Assembly (NCBI RefSeq): GCF_004010195.1
Contig: NC_057720.1
Coordinates: 20,628,166-20,648,165 of the forward strand
From: Chiloscyllium plagiosum
Taxonomy: Eukaryota
Reading direction: 5' to 3'
DNA length: 20,000 nucleotides
This document shows positions 1 to 8,336 of this stretch, piece after piece. The notes under the pieces were generated by a model that made no database searches, was not told where the DNA came from, and saw nothing but the letters and a program-made list of their open reading frames with translations. Positions within the stretch are counted from its first letter, which is position 1. The number at the start of each line of letters is the position of its first letter. A program made the position numbers and the translations under genes.

Positions 1-71
1 GTGTGTCAAAAGCCCACCAAAGCTACATGTGACCTCAGCCAACTGCAGCGTGTCGGTCTATGTAGCACTAA

Positions 72-330
72 TGGAATCCTTACCGCATGGGACCCATTGA
101 GTCCATATCTATCCTCCAATGAGCATCCCACTCAGACCCACCCCTCTAACTTGGCTCCATGTTTCCCATGGGCTAATCCACCTAACCTGCACATCTTTGG
201 ACTGTGAGAGGAAACCCACACAGACACAAGGAGAATGAACAAACTCCACACAGACAGTCACATGAGGGTGGAATCGAACCAGGATCCCTGGTGCTGTGAG
301 GTAGAAGTGCCAAACACTGAGCCACCATGC
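72..330 (-). mobile_element. tRNA-derived SINE, HE1/V-SINE-like (family A)
   Basis: Reverse complement shows A-box GTGGCTCAGTG, B-box-like GGTTCGATTCC, V-domain-like TGTCTGTGTGGAGTTTG..CATTCTCC and CAGTCCAAAGATGTGCAGGTTAGGTGGATT. Homologous to copies at 4371, 6455 and 15600. Confidence 0.85.
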
Positions 331-789
331 TTTGGCATTGTGTTTGCAGTAAAGCTGCCCTAAAGCCTGTTGATGTTGTGACACAGTTTATGTGCCGAAC
401 AGAAGTGGAACATGCCCCACTGGCAGATAACATTTTCTCATTTCAAAATGAATTTCGGGTCAGTTTTACTTTAATCAACTGGGTCTAGCGATGTGCTTAT
501 CCTTTTTCTCCAGGATGGGTTAAGTATCTGGTTGGCAAATCCTTTGCCAGCTGTAAGACTGTGCTGAGGTTACTGTGCCTCCCATAACCCATCACACGGT
601 GGCGCCTCTGTACTGCCTGTCAAAAGCTGTAAGTGTTGATTATAAACAGACCCAGACTTTGTTTCCAGGAAATCAGAAGTGACCATCCAGTGTTGTTGTA
701 AATCATTACCTCTAGTCTTCCACAAGCTATTAATTAACTAACTAATTTGCAATGGGAATTTGCGCAAACATAAGTAAAATAACATTTGT

Positions 790-1880
790 CTTTCTCTCCT
801 CCTGCTGTCGATTCCCATCAAAAATCCAAAACTCTTTGTTTTGCAGCATCTGATTGTTTTACTCCCCCCCAACTTCTGTCTTTTCTTCATTCTCCCAGAA
901 TGTCCCCTCTCCACCATTTCTTTGCCTTACTTCCCTCTTGCCCACAAAGTCCCTATCTTTCTCCTAATGGGCTATAACTGTTGGACCCTTGCCCCAATCT
1001 CATCTCCTCTTGTCCCTCATCATCCCCTTGCTCGTCCCATTTGTAACCCCATTGCCGCCACTCTTGACCACTCCTTCACACCTTGTTCCCTCTGGTCAGC
1101 TTCCTCTGACCTCCTCACACTCCCCTCATTCCTCCTTCACTTCTCCTAAGCCTCCTCACCCACCTCTCCACACTTTCTTCTCCTTTTTCNNNNNNNNNNN
1201 NNNNNNNNNNNNNNNNNNNNNNNNNNNNNNNNNNNNNNNNNNNNNNNNNNNNNNNNNNNNNNNNNNNNNNNNNNNNNNNNNNNNNNNNNNNNNNNNNNNN
1301 NNNNNNNNNNNNNNNNNNNNNNNNNNNNNNNNNNNNNNNNNNNNNNNNNNNNNNNNNNNNNNNNNNNNNNNNNNNNNNNNNNNNNNNNAACATTTATTCA
1401 TCCAACCTTTTAATGCCCCAATTCACCACTCCCCAACTCTCTTTTCCCCCTGCCAACTTCTTTTCTCTACACCTTCATGTCCCTCTCATCACTCGATCTC
1501 TCCCCACACCCTCAGATCTCTCTCCTCTGTCCAGCTTTCCCTCCCCACTCTGTCTTCCCACTCCCTACAATCCCATCTCTGTTTCCCCTACCCTCTATTT
1601 CAACCACCACCACCAATCCCCGGGCCCTACACAATCTCTCCTCCTCCACCGACACCTCCTCAGCACTCCCTGCCCATGTCTCTCTCGCCTCCCTCAGTCA
1701 GTGTCTCTCTCCGTATCTGTTCCCCCTCCTATTACCTCAGACCTCAGCTCTGTCTTTCCCTTCCCTCCTTCTCTCCCAGCCCTGCCTCTAACCCCCCCCT
1801 TCACCCACAGCCCACCCAGTTCTCCAACCTTGCTGAAGTACCCCTTGCTCCCCTATCCAGGCCCGCCCTCCCCATAGTCT
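790..1880. repeat. Pyrimidine-rich (C/T) low-complexity tract interrupted by an assembly gap (N 1190-1388)
   Basis: About 1 kb strongly depleted of G on the + strand; produces the spurious Pro/Ser/Leu-rich ORFs. Confidence 0.85.
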
Positions 1881-2039
1881 CTTTGTTCGATAATACAGAG
1901 AATGCAATTCTTCCAGATCAGAACATGTTGAGGAAGCTTCCTATTGTGTTAGGACACTGCAAAGGAGCCTTTGAGGAAAGGACTGTTATTTGTCTGCTCT
2001 AACATATTTCAATAACTACAACATTCACTCCAGCTTTAA

Positions 2040-2140
2040 GTAAGAATGTGCTTGCATTTGCACTCAGCAAGCTATTACTGCCTCAGGACATCCAACAGTG
2101 CTTTATAACCAGTGAATTATTTCTCTGAATTGCAGTTGTC
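2040..2140 (-). mobile_element. Degenerate 3' tail of a DeuSINE-like element
   Basis: Reverse complement resembles the tail seen at 13080-13172 (GATGTCCTGAGG...AAATGCAAG...TTCTT). Confidence 0.45.
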
Positions 2141-2546
2141 AAAGGTGAAATTCAATCCTGTACCTACAAGCTACTGTGTAATATCGATGTAAAGGTGAAG
2201 GAATTTTGATTGCAAACTTTTGGAAAATGTACCAAATAAAACACAGAAAGCTGGCACTTGTTAAGGCATTACCCACCTCTCCACAAAATGTATCTTCCTT
2301 TGGCCAGGCTTTGGTGTGAATGATGAACACACATTGAATGAATTTTCTCCTTAAAACCCATCGATATACCCCACTCAGGCCTTTCAGACAGTGGAAGGAG
2401 GTGGGAGATGCTCCTTCTGAGGTTTCAGGCAGCAAACATTTGACTCAATTAAGAAAATAAATTTAAAAATATAAAGTGAAATAAACAGCCCAAGAACCTC
2501 AATGATGTATATTTCTGCTGCTCGAAATAAATACTTCAGGGGCTAT

Positions 2547-2836
2547 GTTTTATTAATTCTCAGGCTGTGGGCATAGCTGGCTAGGCCAGCATTTATTGCC
2601 CGTCCCAGAGGGTAGTTAAGAGTCAACCACATTGTTGTGGGTCTGAAGTCACATGTCGGCCAGACTGGGTAAGGATGGCTGTTTCCCTCCTTAAAGAAGG
2701 ACATTAATGAACCAGATGGGCTTTTCCTGACAATCAAATCGTAATCCCAGATTTATTTTATAGAAGTCACATTCCACTGTGGCAGGATTTGAACCCAAAA
2801 CCTTACCTGGACCTCTGGATAAATACCACCAGGCCC
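2547..2836 (-). mobile_element. tRNA-derived SINE family B
   Basis: Reverse complement shares CCCATCTGGTTCATTAATGTCCTT...GGAAA...CCATCCTTACC...CATGTGACT.CAGACCCACA.CAATGTGGTTGACTCTTAACT and AAATGCTGGCCTAGCCAGC with copies at 7890, 11966 and 19669. Confidence 0.85.
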
Positions 2837-2844
2837 TCTGTCTT

Positions 2845-2940
2845 CCCTTCATCAGGGCTTTTGCCCAAAATGTTGATTTTCCTGCTCCTCGGGTGCTGCC
2901 TGACTTGCTGCGCTTTTCCAGCACCGCTCTAATCTCGACT
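2845..2940 (+). mobile_element. Short Penelope-like terminal-repeat fragment (family P1), decayed hammerhead
   Basis: GGGCTTTTGCCC stem-loop (2855-2866) followed by TTTTCCTGCTCCTCGG.TGCTGCCTGAC.TGCTG.GCTTTTCCAGCACC, homologous to 8339-8465(-) and 19146-19239(+). GAAACGTC has decayed to AAAATGTT. Confidence 0.8.
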
Positions 2941-3060
2941 CGTCTTCCCTTGTAGATCATTGCAGCCTAATTTACCATGCAGTTGAGACTTGATAATTTC
3001 ATTTGCTTCTTGACTTTGGCAAGCCACTTTGTTCGTTACCAAATGCTGATCAGTTTCGGT

Positions 3061-3290
3061 TTGAAGGAAAGGTGAAATTTCTTGCGTGGAGTTTTCATGC
3101 TGATGTAATAAATGTTTAAAATCACACAACACCAGGTCATAGTCCTGTGTCCTACGATCTTATACTCCACAACCACCTGATGAAGGAGCAGCGCTCCGAA
3201 CGCTAGTGCTTCCAAATAAACCTGTTGGACTTTAACCTGGTGTTGTGTGATTTCTAACTTTGTACACCCCAGTCCAACACCAGGATCTTG
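3061..3290 (+). mobile_element. Hairpin-type non-autonomous Penelope-like element (family P2) with mutated hammerhead
   Basis: Inverted arms AAATCACACAACACCAGGT.ATAGTCC (~3118-3145) and GGACT.TAACCTGGTGTTGTGTGATTT (~3227-3253). Hammerhead-like core CTGATGA 3177-3183, stem GGAGC/GCTCC, then GAAC instead of GAAA. Homologous to 16523-16787. Confidence 0.8.
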
Positions 3291-3380
3291 AGTAATAAAT
3301 GTTATGTCAGTGCAACATGCTGTACCTTTCTGATTTTTGTATTTCTGTATTTCATGTTTTGTTTTTTTATAAATCTCCAG

Positions 3381-3546
3381 GTAATGTTCATGTTACTGCA
3401 GACAATCTGGTTGAGTACAGACCATTGTCTGGCATACGGTACATGTGGTGGTACCATGTAATTGGACTGATCTGGACCAGTGAATTTCTCGTTGCATGTC
3501 AGCAGATAACAATTGCGGGGGCTGTTGTGTGCTGCTACTTCAACAG
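3381..3546 (+). CDS. SLC44A3: Internal coding exon of choline transporter-like protein (SLC44A3/CTL3-like)
   Basis: Pyrimidine tract plus CAG acceptor (3378-3380); donor GTAGGA at 3547. Translates (G)NVHVTADNLVEYRPLSGIRYMWWYHVIGLIWTSEFLVACQQITIAGAVVCCYFN(R), matching from recall the SLC44A3 segment VEYKPLSGIRYMW.YH.IGLIWTSEF..ACQQ.TIAGAVV.CYFNR. Phase 1 in, phase 2 out. Family is certain; paralog (A3 vs A1) less so. Confidence 0.92.
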
Positions 3547-3715
3547 GTAGGAGTTGGTCAAGAAGACCCATGCTGTTGTGTTGAATGGTTTTGACATCTC
3601 ATCTCTCAATCATTACCTGCAAATCAGTGTGGCTTCACTACAAGGACGAGAAATATTGGTTCTTCCTCCACTGCAACCGTGACATTTCCAAAGTATTTTT
3701 GGGCTGTAAGACATT

Positions 3716-3950
3716 ATGAACATAAAACATTACGGCACAGTACAGGCCCTTCGGCCCTCAATGTTACGCCAATCTGTGGAACCAATTTGAAGTCTATCTA
3801 TCCTACACTATTTCAGTTTCATCCGTATGTTTATCCAATGACCATTTAAATGCCCTTAAAGTTGGCGAGTCTACTATTGTTGCAGGCAGGACATTGCACG
3901 CCCTACTACTCTCTGAGTAAAGAAACTACCTCTAACATCTGCCCTATATC
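3716..3950 (-). mobile_element. CR1-type LINE 3' end fragment
   Basis: Minus-strand translation RYRADVRGSFFTQRVV is the typical CR1 ORF2 C-terminus, followed by a 3' UTR with GGGCCGAAGGGCCTGTACTGTGC and a TTTTATGTTC tail. Confidence 0.8.
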
Positions 3951-4370
3951 TGTCTATGAGAAATTTACTGGTACAGAATGGTACTCTGGAATTAAGGCAT
4001 ACCCTGGGCCAGAAAATGAGGCATCTAGTTCTCAATTTTACCCACAGTCTGCCTGATCGGCAAGACCTTGATGTTGACACCAGTCAATATGTTTGAATGG
4101 AAAGAGTTATCAAGTTTTGAAAACTAATGTCCAATTTCGATTGTCAGAAAATTGTGGTCCTGAATTTCTGATCACTAGAGGGTGGATACCCCTGAATGAG
4201 GATCTTGGGTAGTAATTTGAGCTCGTTAAAATAGCTCTCAAAAGTCAGGAGGTAGATAACAATGTACTGCTGATCAAATGTTGACCAAAAGATCTTCAGT
4301 TAGGAAGGTGATGATTCTGAACAGTCAGCCGATGGATTCATTAGTGCTTGGGTAATCTTTACATCATTTA

Positions 4371-4660
4371 GGGGTGGCACGGTGGCTCAGTGGTTGGCAC
4401 TGCTGCCTCACAGTGCCAAGGACCCAGGTTCGATTCAGCTCCCAATGACTGTGTGAGTTTCCTAATCAATTGTCCTATGTAGGCTAAGTGGATTGGCCAT
4501 GCTACATTGCCTGTAGTGTCCAGGGATGTGCAGGCTAGGTCAGTTAGCCATGGGAAATGCAGGTTTACAGGGATAGTCTAGGGGGCAGGATGCTCTTTGG
4601 AGGGTCGATGTGGACTTGGGCTAAATGGCCTGCTTCCACACTGTAGGGATTCTATGATTC
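4371..4660 (+). mobile_element. tRNA-derived SINE, HE1/V-SINE-like (family A), central deletion
   Basis: GGCACGGTGGCTCAGTGGTTGGCACTGCTGCCTCACAG (A box), GGTTCGATTC (B box), and a CR1-like tail GGCCTGCTTCCACACTGTAGGGATTCTATGATTC. Confidence 0.9.
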
Positions 4661-4923
4661 ATTATACTGGAGGTTTTCAATTGAAAGAGCTCAGCATTTA
4701 AGCTCAATTTGCACTGCAATTTCTTGCTACCTTTAACAAGCTTTGTACATGAGAAAATATAAATTGCCATTAAATAAATAGGTTAGAAATAATCTAAAAG
4801 TGCAATTGAGCATAAATTCTCTGTAATGGGTGTGTTCTGATGACCTATAACCTGCTGGTGATGGATGGACTTTGTTTACCAAAGATTTCCATGGGGAATT
4901 GGGGAAGGAGTATGGGAGACTGA

Positions 4924-5009
4924 GTTTAGATTAGAGTGGTGCTGGAAAAGCACAGCAGGTCAGGTAGCATCCGAGGAGCAGGAAAATTGACGTTTCTGGC
5001 AAAAGCCCT
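4924..5009 (-). mobile_element. Short Penelope-like fragment (family P1) flanked by a 13-bp target-site duplication
   Basis: Homologous to 8380-8457. TATGGGAGACTGA occurs at 4911-4923 and at 5010-5022. Confidence 0.88.
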
Positions 5010-5232
5010 TATGGGAGACTGATCCTTCTGACATTGGTGATCCTTTCATTTCCTGCATCTTGCCTCCGAACTGATGTAATGATCCATAGAAACATATGAA
5101 TGAGGAGCAAACATGAGCCATTTCCCCCTCATGCATGCTCTGCCATCAATAAGAGGTGTTTGTGTTCTGAAGCTCGCATTCCTGTTTACCTCTGATAACG
5201 CTCGATTCCCCTGCCTAACAAGAGTCTATCTA

Positions 5233-5465
5233 CAAAAAACAAAGAGAATGCTGGAGAAGCTGGTCTGGCAGCATCTGTGGAGTGAGGAACACAAGTAATA
5301 ATTCCTGAGGAAATGCTTTCACCCAAAACATCGACTCTCCTGCTGCTCGGATGCTACCTGACCTGCTGTGCTTTTCCAGCACCACACTCTCGACTCTAAT
5401 CTCCAGCATCTGCAGTCTTCACTTTCTCCAAGTAATGTTTGGAGACTGGTATGACCCTTCAAAAG
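5233..5465 (-). mobile_element. Penelope-like short element (family P3), split by a P1 insertion
   Basis: The two halves, GCTGGAGAA...GGTCTGGCAGCATCTGTGGAG and TGTTTGGAGACTGGTATGACCCTTC, are the reverse complement of the copy at 7381-7485. Confidence 0.72.
5300..5428 (+). mobile_element. Penelope-like terminal-repeat fragment (family P1) with 8-bp target-site duplication
   Basis: CAAGTAAT occurs at 5292-5299 and at 5429-5436. Body CTCGGATGCTACCTGACCTGCTGTGCTTTTCCAGCACCAC...CTCCAGCATCTGCAGTC; hammerhead core decayed. Confidence 0.82.
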
Positions 5466-5969
5466 GATCCTTCTGCCCCACCTTAAAAATATTCAATGAC
5501 CCCTTCTGAGGCAGAGACCTCTAAAGTTACTCCGCTCTGAGGGAAAAAACACAATCATCTATATCTGTGTGATATGATTCTGTAGGAGATCCTAAAAAGG
5601 CAACTGCTAATATTTAGAATGCTCCTCAGCTCTGACTCATCCACAAAATGAAATATCCTTTCAACATTCAACTTGTCAAAAGCATTCAGGATCTCTTAAA
5701 CTTCAAACAAAGCAACCTCTCTCTTCTAAATTCCCATGGAAATAAGCCTAGTCAGTACAATTTTCCTCATGAGGCAACTCATTCAATCCAGGTGTCAATG
5801 TAAGTAAACTTTCTCTGAACCACCACTAATGCATGTACATCTTCCTTAAATAAGGAGATCAAAGCCTCGCATATTATTGAGATGTGGTCTCAGCAATGTT
5901 CCTGTATAACTAAAGCATAGCATCTGTACCTTTATACTCAGTTCCTCATAATAACCGAAAATATTCTTC

Positions 5970-6135
5970 GGAGGCTGGACAAGTTGTTCATAGAGAAACT
6001 GTTTCCCCGTTATGGGACCGTTAACAACCAGAGGTCATCATTTCAGAGTAATCCCAGCTAGGACAGAGATGAGGAGGAATTTCTTCTCCTGGGGGCAGTG
6101 AATCTCCAGAATTCTTTTATCTCAGCGGTCTGTAG
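5970..6135 (+). mobile_element. Degenerate CR1 LINE fragment (ORF2 C-terminal region)
   Basis: CTGTTTCCCC...ACCAGAGGTCATCATTTCAGAGTA...AGGACAGAGATGAGGAGGAATTTCTTCTC resembles 11355-11455. Confidence 0.6.
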
Positions 6136-6189
6136 ATCCTGTGGAGGGGAGAAAGGGTGGAGAATGAACCTAGTTTTCTTTTGAGCACG

Positions 6190-6430
6190 TGGTTTTCTGC
6201 CCCAGCTGACCAGTGGATTTAGACCATCCTGCAGTCTACAGACTTCTTCCTCACTGTCAATGATCTGGCTAATTTTTATGTCATTTGAAAATTGCATCTC
6301 CGATATACAATTCCAGATCAGTGGTATGCAACTGGAAAAGAGGTACCAATACTAAACTTGAAGAAAACTCTTTGGTTACAAGCCTCCAACCACACAAGCA
6401 TGCTTCTTCCATTACCTTTTGTTTCAATCT
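6190..6430 (-). mobile_element. Degenerate CR1 LINE reverse-transcriptase fragment
   Basis: Minus-strand translation QFSNDIKISQIIDSEEEVCRLQDGLNPLVSW corresponds to the CR1 KFADDTK...EE...LQ.DLD.L..W segment. Confidence 0.65.
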
Positions 6431-6454
6431 TATTTCCAAGAGAAGATAGACATA

Positions 6455-6668
6455 GAGTCCAAAGACGTGCACGTTAGGTGGATTGGCCACACTAAATTGC
6501 CCATAGTGTCCAGGGATATACAGGCTAGGTAGATTAGCCAGAGGAAATGCAGGGTTTCTGGGATAGGGTAGGGGTGGATCTGGGTGGGAAGCTCTTCAAA
6601 GGGTCAGTGTGGACTCGATGGACCAAGTTGCCTGCTTCCACACTGTAGGGATTTTATGATTCTATGAT
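6455..6668 (+). mobile_element. 5'-truncated HE1/V-SINE-like SINE (family A)
   Basis: AGTCCAAAGACGTGCACGTTAGGTGGATTGGCCA through GCCTGCTTCCACACTGTAGGGATTTTATGATTCTATGATT; matches the 3' half of the 4371 and 15600 copies. Confidence 0.88.
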
Positions 6669-6938
6669 TGCCCTGCAGTAGACCACCAGGATCTTGTTGC
6701 ACCAACCCCTCACTGGGACCAGAACTGTAACTTTTCTATCATTTCCATTCCCTCTTCCTCCTCCCCCAAATTCCAGCACCGACTCCCAGCAACTCCTCAC
6801 CGAACACCATCAGCAGTTGAACATGTTGGACTCTCTGACTTGATTTACACACCATGACTTGCTCGCATTTAACATTTGTTTTGGTTTGCTTTGCTGGAGA
6901 GCTCAATCTAATTCACAATCACCGAATTCTTTCCTCAG

Positions 6939-7095
6939 GGACAAAAAGAATCCACCCAGCCATCCAATCCTCACTTCTGTTTCAAGGCTCTTTAATTACC
7001 ATCTGGGAACGGTTGTTAAAGGTTCACTTCTAATCACTCTTGTCAGGATTCCACGGATTGTTCTGGTGTACATTCACAGCAGTCTGAAGGGAAAG
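6939..7095 (+). CDS. SLC44A3: Internal coding exon of SLC44A3-like gene
   Basis: Branch-like CTAAT at 6908-6912, TTCTTTCCTCAG acceptor ending 6938, donor GTAAG at 7096. The first base completes AG|G (Arg) from the previous exon. Translates [52 protein letters not shown] (CTL-family YH.GT..KGS motif). Phase 0 out. Confidence 0.92.
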
Positions 7096-7380
7096 GTAAG
7101 ATAAGAGCCAGATTTGGGATTCAGTTGCAGTGTTTTTGATGTTTTAAAGGGAGCATCGCCATTTATAGTAATGGTCTTATGACTCTTGATAAGCAGCAAC
7201 ACACTTTACTGAAGTGCAAAAGGTGCTTGTGAACTCTGTACAAAAAATGTTGGGTCTAGTCAGATTCAACTGCTAGTAATAGGTCTTTTTGTCTTCAATT
7301 CTAAATGCTCAGCCTTTATGCAGTTCATTCCTGTTCCAGTCATTCTGTTGGCAGTAACGGCCAGGAACTGGCAGGGTGCT

Positions 7381-7485
7381 CAGTTCTGAAGAAGAGTCAT
7401 ACCAGACTCGAAACGTTCATTCTGTTTCTCTCTCAACAGCTGCTGTCAGACCTGCTGAGTTTCTCCAGTTTGCTGTGTTTAGTTG
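7381..7485 (+). mobile_element. Penelope-like short element (family P3) with hammerhead motif
   Basis: Hammerhead core followed by TCTGTTTCTCTCTC.ACAG.TGCTG.CAGACCTGCTGAGTTTCTCCAG, similar in layout to family P1. Confidence 0.75.
7383..7420 (+). ncRNA. Minimal type I hammerhead ribozyme motif (P3)
   Basis: CTGAAGA 7386-7392, A, stem II GAGTC/GACTC (7394-7398/7405-7409, loop ATACCA), GAAA 7410-7413, CGTT (palindromic ACGT; GUU triplet). Stem I pairing looks eroded. Confidence 0.65.
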
Positions 7486-7889
7486 AGTGAGATGAGTCAT
7501 CGATTGCAGTGTTAGGGAGGTGACCCCTGCTAATCACTCTGTGATCTGCTCCTGGCATTAGAAAATCTTGTGCACTGAAATGGTTTCACAATGTCATCTC
7601 CCACATTTATTTAAAATGATATTCACAAAGCTGGAGCCTTGCTTGCAAATCAATCTTTGAATTAGATTGGACAGTACTAGATCTATTGATGTTTGTAAAA
7701 GAGGGTGTGCATAAGAGAGGTCACACCCTTGGATCGAGATATTTTCTTTCAGTGAGACTGTGTTCTTTGATGCAGCTCATCCTGAAGGTGTTATCCTGGT
7801 TCCCATCATTTTCTTTGGCTTTTCATATGTTTTACAATTTCAAAAATAAGCATGGCAAATTTGCAACAACAACACTTTGAAGGAAGTGA

Positions 7890-8244
7890 TTTTTGGTTAT
7901 TCATTCATGGGATGAGGGTATCACTAGCTAGGCCAGTACTTATTGCCCATCACCAGTTAGCCAGGGGGCAATAAAGAGTCAAACACATTGCTGTGAGTCT
8001 GGACTCACACGTACACCAGACCAGGTAAAGATTTCCCCTGAAGGTTATTAATGAACCAGATGGGTTTTTCCAACAATTGGAATTGATTGATGATGGTTTC
8101 ATGGTCATCATCAGACTCTTAATTATAGAATTTTGAGTTCAAGTTCCACGTCTGCCTTGGTGGGATACAAACCCAAGTCCCTGGGACATACCTGGGTCTC
8201 CTGACTAACAGTCCAGCAATAATACCACTAAGCCATCACCTCCC
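7890..8244 (-). mobile_element. tRNA-derived SINE family B, near full length
   Basis: Reverse complement begins GGGAGGTGATGGCTTAGTGGTATTATTGCTGGACTGTTAGTCAGGAGACCCAGG and ends CATCCCATGAATGAATAA; matches 11966-12313. Confidence 0.88.
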
Positions 8245-8336
8245 TATTTTCTTAGACTCTGTTTCAATGCTTTATTCCTCACCAACCAAATGTACACAGT
8301 TCAAATGAAGCGTTACTTGATCTTTGCAATTATCCC

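Larger units (their letters stand above)
5086..5950 (-). mobile_element. Old CR1-type LINE 3' fragment, interrupted by nested Penelope-like insertions (5233-5465)
   Basis: Starts with an inverted CR1 tail (CATAGAAACATATGAATGAGGAGCA...GCCATT) and resumes after ~5466 with degenerate antisense CR1 ORF2 sequence (AAACTTCTCTGAAC, CATCTTCCTTAAATAAGGAGATCAAA, GAGATGTGGTCT). Confidence 0.65.

Noticed and set aside
514..628. Possible exon between a TTTTTCTCCAG acceptor and a GTAAGT donor
   Set aside because: All three frames hit stops and none resembles the expected upstream SLC44A exon; at most a cryptic pseudo-exon.
989..2002. 337-aa Pro/Ser/Leu-rich ORF and overlapping ORFs
   Set aside because: Product of C/T low complexity plus an N gap; no domain signal.
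4371..4440. tRNA gene
   Set aside because: The A and B boxes belong to a SINE head that continues into SINE body and tail; no full cloverleaf.
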